A stretch of 64,000 nt of DNA from an uncultured delta proteobacterium (lineage in GTDB: Bacteria; Myxococcota_A; Polyangia; Polyangiales; B10-G4): assembly GCA_963727445.1 (NCBI GenBank), contig CAVSGI010000006.1, forward strand, positions 1-64,000, given 5' to 3'. A program made the position numbers and the translations under genes. The notes under the pieces were generated by a model, which was given only the letters and a program-made list of their open reading frames with translations, was not told where the DNA came from and ran no database searches. Within the stretch, counting starts at the first letter, position 1. The number at the start of each line of letters is the position of its first letter. Of this stretch, positions 41,285-50,432 are shown in pieces.

Positions 41285-42325
41285 GTGCTCAGAATCCCCG
41301 TCTACTTCCACGAGGCCCAGCTCGCGTTCAAGCCTCGCTACGAGTGGGCGTTCGGTAAGCGCATTCGGCACCCGGAGACCACCCGACGCGCCGAGAGCAT
41401 CCTGGGCGCGATCGAGAAGGAGGGGCTCTTCGATCTCCGGCCGCCGGAGGAGATGCCTCTGGGCGCGCTGCGGCGCGTTCATCACTTCAGCCTGATGACC
41501 CTCTACACCACGGCGGAGCAGCTGCCCGAGGGAGAGGACCTCTATCCCCACGTCTTCCCGCGGCAGATGCGCGGTCAAGGCGATCCCACCAATCTGCGGC
41601 AGGCGGGCGCCTACTGCTTCGATGCGGGGACACCCCTGAACCGGCACACCTGGAGCGCGGCGGCGTGGAGCGCGGGTTGCGCGTTCCAGGCCGCGAAGAC
41701 CCTGCGCGCCGAAGAGCGCGGGCTGGTGTACGCCCTGAGCCGGCCTCCCGGGCACCATGCGCAGCGGGATCTCTTCGGCGGCTACTGCTATTTCAACAAC
41801 GCGGCGGTCGCCGCGGACGTGCTGGGGCGCTACGGGCGCGTCGCCATCCTGGACATCGACTTCCATCACGGAAACGGCACGCAGGAGCTCTTCTACAAGA
41901 ACGACGGGGTCTTCGTCGCCAACATCCATGGCGACCCGCGCGAGTTCTTCCCCTTCTATTGCGGGTTCGCCCACGAGACCGGGAACGGTCGGGGCGAGGG
42001 CTACAACCTGAACGTTCCGCTTCCGCGGGGGACGAAGGGCGCGGCCTATCTGAAGGAGCTCCGTCGCACGGTGGTGCCGGCCATTCAGCGCTTCGATCCC
42101 GCGTATCTGGTTCTTTCGGCCGGTCTCGACACCTACGAGAAAGATCCCATGGGGGGCTTCGCGCTCACGACCGACGACCTCGAGGACGTCGGGACGCTGA
42201 TCGGCAGACTCAAGTTGCCCACCTTGGTGGTGCAGGAGGGCGGGTACTACACCCCGCACCTCGGGAGAAACGCGGTGGCGCTGCTCCATGGCCTCGCCGA
42301 AGGAAGAAAGAAGCGACGGCTTTGA
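41285..42325 (+). CDS. Histone-deacetylase-family amidohydrolase (acetylpolyamine amidohydrolase-like)
   Basis: RPPGHHA, GGYCYFNNAA, DIDFHHGNGTQ, SAGLD, QEGGY. Confidence 0.92.
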   Translation: MLRIPVYFHEAQLAFKPRYEWAFGKRIRHPETTRRAESILGAIEKEGLFDLRPPEEMPLGALRRVHHFSLMTLYTTAEQLPEGEDLYPHVFPRQMRGQGDPTNLRQAGAYCFDAGTPLNRHTWSAAAWSAGCAFQAAKTLRAEERGLVYALSRPPGHHAQRDLFGGYCYFNNAAVAADVLGRYGRVAILDIDFHHGNGTQELFYKNDGVFVANIHGDPREFFPFYCGFAHETGNGRGEGYNLNVPLPRGTKGAAYLKELRRTVVPAIQRFDPAYLVLSAGLDTYEKDPMGGFALTTDDLEDVGTLIGRLKLPTLVVQEGGYYTPHLGRNAVALLHGLAEGRKKRRL

Positions 42326-44034
42326 ACGATCTGACCGACGACCGCATCGACCCGGAGACACGCCTCGAGATCGAATCCTCGGTCGAGGAGTACGAGATCA
42401 AGCTGCGGCGAGAGCTGACGGAGCTCGAGGAGATGGGCTCCATCGCGCGCAAGGCGAAGAAGTTCCGAGAGCGCTTGATCCGCGCCGAGCTCGACGACGT
42501 CACCCAGGACGAAGCAGCGATGCGCCGTGAGGAGCACTCGCTGGTCAACTGGAACCTCTATCTCTCACTGGGGATCTCGATCGTGGTGATCGGCCTCGCG
42601 TTGATCTTCACCGAGTCGGTGCAGAGGTTCTCCGAGAACGCGAGCGAGTTCATCACCAACAACCTCAGCTGGTTCTACGTGCTGTTGAGCTCGGGCTTCA
42701 TCGTGTACCTCCTGTACCTGGCCTTCTCGCGCTATGGGCACGTGGTCCTCGGCGCCCCGAACGACCGCCCCGAGTTCTCCGACTTCTCCTGGTACTCGAT
42801 GCTCTTCTCCGCCGGCATGGGCGTCGGCATCCTCTTCTGGGGGGCCGCCGAGCCCGTGCACCACTACATCCATCCGCCGGTGGGCGCGCCCGAGACGGTG
42901 CAAGCTGCCAAGGCGTCGATGGCGCTCTCCGCGTTCCACTGGGGGCTGCACGCCTGGGGGATCTACACCGTCTGCGCGGTGGGCGTCGCGTACTACGGGT
43001 TCCGCAAACAGAAGAAGTACCTGATCTCCTCCAGCATCATGGACGTCATCGCCAACAAGCGGGCGAGGCGCGTCCTCAAGCTGCTGGTGGACATGGTATC
43101 GACGCTGGCCATCGTATTCGGCGTCGCGGCATCCCTGGGGATGGGCCTGATCCAGATCGCCTCCGGCCTGCACCACGTGTTCGGCGTCGATGCGGCGACG
43201 TCCGTCGGATACCTGGGAATCGTCGTGGTGATGACCGCGCTCTACCTGGTCTCTTCGTCGACGGGCCTGCAGAAGGGCATCAAGATCCTTTCGAACCTCA
43301 ACATGTTGGTGGCCCTCTTGTTGATGCTCTTCATCTTCATCGTCGGGCCCAAGCTCTTCATCCTCAAGCTCTCCGTCGACTCGATCGGCCAGTACCTGCA
43401 GCGCCTGCCAGAGCTCAGCTTCAAGGTCGACCCGTTCCAGCCCGAGTACGAAGGGTGGATGAAGGACTGGACGGTGACCTACTTCACCTGGTGGATCGCC
43501 TGGGCGCCCTTCGTGGGGATCTTCATCGCCCGCATCTCGCGTGGCCGCACCATCCGGGAGCTCGTCCTGGGCTCACTCCTCGGTCCGACGCTCTTCTGCA
43601 TCCTCTGGTTCAGCGTGTTCGGTGGGACGGCGCTACATCTCGAGGTCTTCGACGGCAACGGCATCGGCAATCTCGTCGATCAGGACGTGTCGGTGGCGCT
43701 CTTCGGCCTGTTGGATCGGCTACCTCTGACACAGGTCACCTCGGTCGTGGCCATCATCCTTCTGTTCACCTTCCTGATCACCTCGGCGGATTCGGCCACC
43801 TTCGTGATCGCGATGATGACCTCCGAGGGGGACCTCGAGCCGAGCACGAAGCTGAAGGTCGTCTGGGGTGTGCTGCTCGCGGCGCTCTGCTACCTGCTGG
43901 TCATCGGCGGCGGCATCAAGGCCCTTCAGGCCGCAGCGCTTGTCTGCGCCTTCCCCTTCGCGATAGTGCTGCTCTTGATCATCGCCTCGGTGACCTTTCG
44001 GCTATCGATTCAGATCAAGAAGAAGCGCGTCTGA
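42322..44034 (+). CDS. BCCT-family (betaine/carnitine/choline) transporter
   Basis: SWYSMLFSAGMG, FHWGLHAW, WWIAWAPFVGIFIARISRGRTIRE, TSADS; TTG start overlaps the HDAC stop. Confidence 0.95.
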   Translation: MNDLTDDRIDPETRLEIESSVEEYEIKLRRELTELEEMGSIARKAKKFRERLIRAELDDVTQDEAAMRREEHSLVNWNLYLSLGISIVVIGLALIFTESVQRFSENASEFITNNLSWFYVLLSSGFIVYLLYLAFSRYGHVVLGAPNDRPEFSDFSWYSMLFSAGMGVGILFWGAAEPVHHYIHPPVGAPETVQAAKASMALSAFHWGLHAWGIYTVCAVGVAYYGFRKQKKYLISSSIMDVIANKRARRVLKLLVDMVSTLAIVFGVAASLGMGLIQIASGLHHVFGVDAATSVGYLGIVVVMTALYLVSSSTGLQKGIKILSNLNMLVALLLMLFIFIVGPKLFILKLSVDSIGQYLQRLPELSFKVDPFQPEYEGWMKDWTVTYFTWWIAWAPFVGIFIARISRGRTIRELVLGSLLGPTLFCILWFSVFGGTALHLEVFDGNGIGNLVDQDVSVALFGLLDRLPLTQVTSVVAIILLFTFLITSADSATFVIAMMTSEGDLEPSTKLKVVWGVLLAALCYLLVIGGGIKALQAAALVCAFPFAIVLLLIIASVTFRLSIQIKKKRV

Positions 44035-44035
44035 G

Positions 44036-45274
44036 TCACTCGCCGAGCCAGTTCGTGCGGATGGTCTCCATGCGGGGAGACTCCTTCAGCTCGAGGAGCT
44101 CGAGGTCCAACAGGTCCTGTAGGTTACTGCCGATGGCGACGCAGAATCCGTAGCCCACCGGCTCGTAGCTGTGCTCCGAAAGGACGAGGTCGTGGGCTGC
44201 GTCGTCGCGCGTCAGATGATAGGCGAGCACCGGCCGGTCGAAGACGACGGCTTCGGCGTCGCCGCGCTCCACCATCGCGATGGCCTCTTCCACGTCGTCT
44301 GCGGTGGCCACGCGTCCACCGTGCCGGCGCACGAAGGGAACGGAGCTGGTGCCGCGTGGCACCGCGATGGTGCGACCCTCGAGGTCGTCGATGGAATCGA
44401 TGGAGGAGGTGTCGAGGTTCGCGAGGGTCAGGGCGGTGGCGATGAAGGCGGTCATCGACGAAGTGGTGATCAGGGCGAGGATCATCCAAACGCCAGTGAT
44501 CACCCGACCGATGGGCGTCTCCGGCGCTCGGTCGCCGTATCCGACGGTGGTCATGGTGACCAGCGCCAGCCAGATCCCGTTTCCGATCCCGTGGAGCGGC
44601 TTCTCGGGGAAGTGGTCGGGGTTGGCCTTGCGCTCGGTGAGCCAGAGGAGCGTCCCGACGATGGTGAGCACGATCAGGAACGCCAGCAGGCCTCCGATGA
44701 AACCGCGCGTGAGGAACGGAGCGACCCGTGACCACATGCCGCTCTCCGGTGGCGCTGCGATGGAGATCGAGCTCGAGTAGTGGGGCTGGGTGAAGGCGAC
44801 CCGCGCCGCCCGCTCGCTGTTGATGGTGATGGGGCCGACGCCGACGTCGACCTCGCCGCGCGCCACCGCGTTGATGAGACGCAGCGCGTTGGGATAGTCG
44901 CGGTAGCTGTATCGAATGTTCGCCTGGGCCGCGATCGCTTCCCAGTCCTCCACGCTGATGCCCTTCCTGCCATCGTCGCCCTCCACCACGAAGGGGGCGC
45001 TCCCCGCGACCCCCACCACGAGCTCCATCGGCTCGGCCGGTGGCTCCACCACCGGGGGCAGGAGCTGGACGTCACTCTCCTGCGCGCCCGCTTCTCCGGC
45101 GTCGCCGGCATCGACGTCCCCCGCGTCGCCGGCATCGGTGTCCTCTGCGCGACCGGCGTCGGCGTCGCGGCCGGTGTCGCGCGCGGATGGAGGCTCCTGC
45201 TCGTCCTGCGCGCGCGCTGGCAGCGGCGCCGCGAGCATCATCAGGGCGGCGGTGAAGAGCGCCCACGCCTTCAC
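44036..45274 (-). CDS. GluR0-type prokaryotic ligand-gated K+ channel (SBP_bac_3 split by a pore domain)
   Basis: Signal peptide, S1 (GPITINSER), M1, P-loop TMTTVGYGD, M2, S2 (GTSS...FDRP). Confidence 0.9.
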   Translation of the reverse strand: MKAWALFTAALMMLAAPLPARAQDEQEPPSARDTGRDADAGRAEDTDAGDAGDVDAGDAGEAGAQESDVQLLPPVVEPPAEPMELVVGVAGSAPFVVEGDDGRKGISVEDWEAIAAQANIRYSYRDYPNALRLINAVARGEVDVGVGPITINSERAARVAFTQPHYSSSISIAAPPESGMWSRVAPFLTRGFIGGLLAFLIVLTIVGTLLWLTERKANPDHFPEKPLHGIGNGIWLALVTMTTVGYGDRAPETPIGRVITGVWMILALITTSSMTAFIATALTLANLDTSSIDSIDDLEGRTIAVPRGTSSVPFVRRHGGRVATADDVEEAIAMVERGDAEAVVFDRPVLAYHLTRDDAAHDLVLSEHSYEPVGYGFCVAIGSNLQDLLDLELLELKESPRMETIRTNWLGE

Positions 45275-46311
45275 TCATCACCTCCCGCGGACTCGATGCG
45301 CCGCCGGGCACGCTCCACGGCGCGCTCGAGCGTCTCGACCAGCCGGCCGGCGCGCGGGCCCGCTTCCGCCACGAAGGCCTCGCGCACCTCGAGCGCCCGC
45401 TGTCGGAACGGCTCGCGCTCCTCCTCGCTCAGGTGCGTCACGCTGATCTCCGGACGCCGCGCGCGGATCTCGGCCAGCCGCTCTTCGTTGACGGCACGCT
45501 GCACCTCGTAGATCTCGGTCTGGAGCTGCGCGACGACCCCTTCGAGCATCTGCCGCCGGCCCGCGTCGAGCCCGTCGAGAAAGGCGCGGTTCGCCGCGAC
45601 GGTCGTGATGAAGAGCGCGTGGTGGGGAAACGTCATGTGGTCGGTCACCTCGTAGAAGCTCATCTCTTCGATGGCGAAGATCGGATTGACCTGTCCGTCG
45701 ATCATGTGGAGCTGGAGGCCGGAATAGACCTCGGCGTAGGGGAGGGGGGTGGCGCTGGAGCCGTAGGCGTCGTAGGTCGCGAGCAGAAGCGGGGAGGTCA
45801 TGACCCGCATGCGGATGCCCTCGAAGTCCTCCGGGGTGTGAATCGCCTCTCGGGTGGTCCACACCATCTCGCCCTCGGAGAAGGCGGCGAGGAAACCGAG
45901 CCCGCGCTCCGCATAGAGCTCGCCCATCATCTCGCGCAGCTCCGCGTCGCCCAGAGCGATGGAGTCGACCTCCTCGTCGCCGCTGAGGACGTAGTGCAGG
46001 AGGAGCGCCTGGACCTCGGGGATGATCTTGCCGAGGTGCCCTGGTGAGCTCATCGCCAGCTGCAGGGTTCCGTCGTGCAGCTGCTCGGTCACCTGGTCGG
46101 AGGTACCGAGGGTGCCGTACGGATAGACGATGACCTTCACCTCGCCGCGGGTGCGCTCGTGCACCAGCTCGGCGAAGCGCTGCGCGTAGGAGTCCTGAAC
46201 CGAGCCGCGGGTCTCCTCGATGGCGAAGCGCCAGATCTCCCCATCGTCCCGGCGCGGCTCGCAGGCGACGAGCAGCGCCATCAGGGTCAAGAGCGTGCAG
46301 AGACGGAGCAT
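45271..46311 (-). CDS. dctP: TRAP substrate-binding protein, TeaA/UehA-like (ectoine)
   Basis: Lipobox LVAC, WRFAIEE..GSVQD, RVMTSPLL, EVYSGLQ, DGQVNP. Confidence 0.88.
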   Translation of the reverse strand: MLRLCTLLTLMALLVACEPRRDDGEIWRFAIEETRGSVQDSYAQRFAELVHERTRGEVKVIVYPYGTLGTSDQVTEQLHDGTLQLAMSSPGHLGKIIPEVQALLLHYVLSGDEEVDSIALGDAELREMMGELYAERGLGFLAAFSEGEMVWTTREAIHTPEDFEGIRMRVMTSPLLLATYDAYGSSATPLPYAEVYSGLQLHMIDGQVNPIFAIEEMSFYEVTDHMTFPHHALFITTVAANRAFLDGLDAGRRQMLEGVVAQLQTEIYEVQRAVNEERLAEIRARRPEISVTHLSEEEREPFRQRALEVREAFVAEAGPRAGRLVETLERAVERARRRIESAGGDE

Positions 46312-47597
46312 CAGTCGAAGGCGAGGTCTCGGAGAAAGAGCGCGATCTGTGGAAAGGCGATCAGCAGGGCGGAGGCGAGGAGCAGCATGAAGATGAAGGG
46401 CGGCGTCCCCCGGATGATGTCGAGGTAGGGCTTACGGAAGATGGCGATGGCGGTGAAGATGTCGCAGCCGAAGGGCGGCGTCGCCGAGCCGATCGCTACC
46501 TGGAGCGTCACCACCGTGCCCACCAGCACGGGGTCGATGCCAGCGGCCACCGCGACCGGGTGGAAGATCGGGGTGAGGATCAGGATCACCACGATCGGAT
46601 CGACGAACATGCAGCCGACGAAGTAGGCGACGGCGATGGTGATCATGATGGTCGCGTAGCCGCTGTCGGCGCCCAGACCGAGCGTGCCTTCGACGACTTG
46701 CGTCGGGAGCTCGGCGTAGCTGATGACCCAGCTGAAGGCAGCACCGGCGCCGACGAGGATGAAGACCACCGAGGTGACCAGGCCGGTGTCGCGTGCGATC
46801 TTCGGCAACTGACGGAAGGACAGCTGCTTGTAGACGCCGACCTCCAGGATGGCGGCGTAGAGCACGCTCACGGCGGCGGCCTCGGTGGGGCTGAAGAAGC
46901 CGGCGTAGATGCCGCCGATGATGATCACCGGAAAGCCGAGCGGTAGCGACGCACGGCGCAGCGCCGTGAGTCGCTCCGACCAGGTCGCCGGGCGCATCGC
47001 CGCGATGCCCATGCGGATGCTGTAGAGGAAGCAGTATCCGCAGAAGAGCACCAGGATGAGCAGGCCCGGCCCGATGCCCGCGATGAAGAGCTCGCCGATC
47101 GAGGTCCCGCTGACGACCCCGTAGACGATCATCCCGATGCTCGGTGGGATCAGCAGCGCGATGTCGCTGGCGTTGATGATCAGCGCGGTGCTGAAGGCGT
47201 CGTCGTAACCGGCTTCGAGCATCTTCGGGCGCAAGGGGCCGCCGATCGCGACCACCGTCGCCTGAGTGGAGCCGCTCAGCGCTCCGAAGAGCGTGCAGCT
47301 CACCGCGGTGGTGATGGGCAGGCCTCCACGGACGTGTCCCACCATCCCCATCACCAGGTCCAAGAGCCGGTCCGCCGCCTGGCCGCGGGTCATGATCTCG
47401 GCGGCGAGGATGAACATCGGCACCGCGATGAGCGCCGATGGCGTGACCCCACCGATCATCTGCTGGACCAGGGTCTCCGGGTCCGCGCCGGGGAACCAGA
47501 CCAGCGCGACCAGCAGCGCGGCCGCGATCAGAGGGACCTTCATGGGATAGCCCATGAAGAGCAGCAGCAGCATCACCCCGATGATCGCGAGCGCCAC
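46311..47597 (-). CDS. dctM: TRAP large permease (TeaC-like)
   Basis: AVPMFILAA, SGSTQAT, LIPPSI, PTEAA, TPPFG. Confidence 0.93.
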   Translation of the reverse strand: MALAIIGVMLLLLFMGYPMKVPLIAAALLVALVWFPGADPETLVQQMIGGVTPSALIAVPMFILAAEIMTRGQAADRLLDLVMGMVGHVRGGLPITTAVSCTLFGALSGSTQATVVAIGGPLRPKMLEAGYDDAFSTALIINASDIALLIPPSIGMIVYGVVSGTSIGELFIAGIGPGLLILVLFCGYCFLYSIRMGIAAMRPATWSERLTALRRASLPLGFPVIIIGGIYAGFFSPTEAAAVSVLYAAILEVGVYKQLSFRQLPKIARDTGLVTSVVFILVGAGAAFSWVISYAELPTQVVEGTLGLGADSGYATIMITIAVAYFVGCMFVDPIVVILILTPIFHPVAVAAGIDPVLVGTVVTLQVAIGSATPPFGCDIFTAIAIFRKPYLDIIRGTPPFIFMLLLASALLIAFPQIALFLRDLAFD

Positions 47598-47603
47598 GCC
47601 GGC

Positions 47604-48155
47604 TCAGATCCCCTCCGGAGGCAGCGGCGCCTCCCCGTATTCGTCGAGCTGCTCGAAGGACAGGTAGACCTCCTCCGAGCGAAGGTTCTGAACGAAGGCC
47701 AGCACGTATTGGATCCCGGCCAGCACGAATCCGATCGGAGCCGCGAGGTAGACGAGCCACAGCGGCACCTGAAGTGCGGGCGATACCGATCCCAGCTCGC
47801 GGACGGTGCCTAGCGAATAGCGAAGCCCGAGGTACGCGAGATAGAAGAGCAGAACCGCCGTGGTGAAGGTGATGAAGAGGCGCACCCCCTTCTTCGCCTT
47901 GTGGGGCAGGGCGTCGTAGAGCGCGGTCATCCGGATGTGCCGGCCCTTGCCCGCCGCATAGCCCAGGCCGAGGAAGGTCACGAAGACCATCAGGAACTGA
48001 CTCAGCTCCTCCGCCGACGCGAGGCTCTCGCCGAAGAGCGTGCGTCCCGCGACGTTGGTGATCGTCAGTACCGCGATGCCGAGTACGCCACCCGCGAGAC
48101 ACGTCTCCTCGATGCGGGTGACGAGCTTCGATACGCGCGCTGGCAGATCACTCAC
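47604..48155 (-). CDS. dctQ: TRAP small permease (TeaB-like)
   Basis: Four TMs, EELSQF, GRHIRM, SPAL. Confidence 0.9.
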   Translation of the reverse strand: MSDLPARVSKLVTRIEETCLAGGVLGIAVLTITNVAGRTLFGESLASAEELSQFLMVFVTFLGLGYAAGKGRHIRMTALYDALPHKAKKGVRLFITFTTAVLLFYLAYLGLRYSLGTVRELGSVSPALQVPLWLVYLAAPIGFVLAGIQYVLAFVQNLRSEEVYLSFEQLDEYGEAPLPPEGI

Positions 48156-48237
48156 GACACTCGCGATGAGGGTTTGGATGGACGTATTTCAGGCGAATGT
48201 GACATTCTCGACAGACACCCTACACGTCACGACGCCG

Positions 48238-49407
48238 ATGCAACACCGCGACGATCTCGCATTCCCCATGGACGAGTACCTCCGCCGGCTGCGCGAGCTG
48301 CGCGAGCGCATGGCCGAGCGTGGGTTCGACGCGCTCCTGATCACGACGCCGGAGAACATCTGCTATCTCACGGGCTTCGAGAGCCCGGGGTACTACGCTT
48401 TCGAGGCATTTCTCGTCCCGATCGAGGGGGAGTGCATCATGCTCCCCCGGCGTCTCGAGGAGGCTGGCGTCCAGGCACGGACCTGGGTCACCCACATCCG
48501 GGCCTACGACGACAACGAGGATCCGATCGCCAAGGTGGTCGAGGTGCTCGCCCTCGCGTCGCTGACGGACAAGCGGATCGGCTTCGAGCGCGACTGCTGG
48601 TTCTTCACCGCCACGCAACAGGAGCGGCTCTTCGCGAAATCACCGATCACCTCCTTCGTCGATTGCAGCGGCATCGTCGAGGCGGGGCGGCTGGTGAAAT
48701 CGGAGCTCGAGATCGAGATGATGCGCAAAGCGGCTCGCTTCGCCGAGGCTGGGATGCGCGCCGGGCTCGAGGCCGTTCGCCCGGGGGCGACCGAGAACGA
48801 CGTCGCGGCCGCGATCCACTTCGCGATGATCTCGGCGGGCGGTGAGTGGCCCGCCATCTCCCCCTTCGTCGCCACGGGACACCGCGGCTCCATCGGCCAC
48901 ACCACGTGGGAGGGGGTGCCCATCGAGGAGGGACACTGCGTATTCTTGGAAGTGGGCGGGTGCTTCAAGCGCTACCACGCCGCCCTCATGCGCACCGCCT
49001 TCCTCGGCAAGCCCGACAGCCGCATCGAGCTCGCTGCGCGCACCATCGAGGACGCGATGCGTGCGGCCCTGACGCAGATCGAGCCGGGCATGCGCATCGG
49101 CGAGGTCGACGACATCAGCCGAAAGCTCATCCGAAAGGCCTCGGACCGTTTCGGGGGGATTCAGATGACGCGCTCGGGCTACTCGATCGGGATCGCCTTC
49201 CCGCCCGACTGGGGCGAAGGGCACATCATGAGCATTCGGCACCAGGATCCCCGGGTGCTGGTGCCGAACATGACCTTCCACCACATCCCCTGGGTACAGC
49301 TCCCCGGTCGCGCGGGGATCGGGATGTCCGAGACCATCCGTGTGACCGAGGACGGCTGCGAGACGCTCACGAAGTTCGATCGAAAGCTCTTCGTGGTGGA
49401 GGCGTGA
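48238..49407 (+). CDS. M24-family hydrolase, ectoine hydrolase DoeA/EutD-like
   Basis: FPMDEY..RL, PENICYLTG, H.TW, E.GGC..RYH..LMRT, RSGYSIG..FPPDWGE, NMTFH, SET pattern; divergent from the Tea-like TRAP genes. Confidence 0.75.
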   Translation: MQHRDDLAFPMDEYLRRLRELRERMAERGFDALLITTPENICYLTGFESPGYYAFEAFLVPIEGECIMLPRRLEEAGVQARTWVTHIRAYDDNEDPIAKVVEVLALASLTDKRIGFERDCWFFTATQQERLFAKSPITSFVDCSGIVEAGRLVKSELEIEMMRKAARFAEAGMRAGLEAVRPGATENDVAAAIHFAMISAGGEWPAISPFVATGHRGSIGHTTWEGVPIEEGHCVFLEVGGCFKRYHAALMRTAFLGKPDSRIELAARTIEDAMRAALTQIEPGMRIGEVDDISRKLIRKASDRFGGIQMTRSGYSIGIAFPPDWGEGHIMSIRHQDPRVLVPNMTFHHIPWVQLPGRAGIGMSETIRVTEDGCETLTKFDRKLFVVEA

Positions 49408-50432
49408 CGCAGAAGCGCTTCTTCGCCAGCGACAACGCGTCGGGGACGCACCCGCGTGTGCTGGAGGCGCTCACGGGGGCGAATCGCGGCCACGCCCTGG
49501 CTTACGGGCACGACCCGTTCACCGAGCGCGCCGTCGAGGTACTGCGACGGCACTTCGGAGCGAGAGCGGCAGTGTACTTCGTCTTCGGTGGGACGGGCGC
49601 GAACGTTCTGTCCTTGGCCTGCGCCCTCGCGCCGACGGAGTCGGTGGTCTGCGCGCGCACTTCGCACGTCTGGAACGACGAATGCGCAGGGCCGGAGCGC
49701 TTTCTCGGCACCAAGCTCGTCCCCGCCGAGACCGAAGAGGGCAAGCTCACGCCGGCGTCCATCGATCCCCTGCTCAGGACGTCCACCAGCCCGCACGGAT
49801 CGCGCGCGGGCGTCGTGACCGTGAGCCAGGCGACCGAGTGGGGCACCGTCTACACGCCGGAGGAGCTGTCGGCGCTGTCGGCGCTGGCCCACACGCGCGG
49901 CGCGCGGCTTCACGTCGACGGCGCCCGCCTCGCCAACGCAGCGGCGTCACTCGACACCTCGCTGGGCGCGCTGGTCGCTGACACCGGCGTGGACGTGCTC
50001 AGCCTCGGCGGGACCAAGAACGGGATGATGTTCGGTGAAGCGGTGGTGATCCTCGAGCCCGAGCTCGCGAAGCACGCGGCACACCTGCAGAAGCAGGCGA
50101 TGCAGCTGCCGTCGAAGATGCGCTTCGTGGCGGCTCAGATCGAGGCCCTCTTCGGCGCGGACCTCCACCTCGAAAACGCGCGCAAGGCCAACGCCGCCGC
50201 CGCGCGTCTCGGCCAGGGCCTCGGCGCCATCGACGGGGTCGAGGTCGTCGTCCCCGTTGAGGCCAACGCTGTCTTCGCGCGCATGTCGCCCGCGCTCACC
50301 GAGGCCCTGCGCGAGGATTTCGTCTTCCACTGCTGGGAAGGCGACGTCGTACGTCTGATGTGCGCCTTCGACACCACCGACGAGGACGTGGACGCCTTCG
50401 TCGCGGCTGCGCGCCGCGGCGTTCAGTCGTGA
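49404..50432 (+). CDS. ltaE: Low-specificity L-threonine aldolase
   Basis: FASDN, GTGAN, HVDGARLANA, GGTKNG (PLP Lys), SKMRF; GTGA overlap with the upstream gene. Confidence 0.88.
   Translation: MTQKRFFASDNASGTHPRVLEALTGANRGHALAYGHDPFTERAVEVLRRHFGARAAVYFVFGGTGANVLSLACALAPTESVVCARTSHVWNDECAGPERFLGTKLVPAETEEGKLTPASIDPLLRTSTSPHGSRAGVVTVSQATEWGTVYTPEELSALSALAHTRGARLHVDGARLANAAASLDTSLGALVADTGVDVLSLGGTKNGMMFGEAVVILEPELAKHAAHLQKQAMQLPSKMRFVAAQIEALFGADLHLENARKANAAAARLGQGLGAIDGVEVVVPVEANAVFARMSPALTEALREDFVFHCWEGDVVRLMCAFDTTDEDVDAFVAAARRGVQS

Noticed and set aside
45090..45175. Repeated DAGD-coding units, also in lipoproteins near 17760 and 32950
   Set aside because: Low-complexity protein linkers, not CRISPR or DNA repeats.
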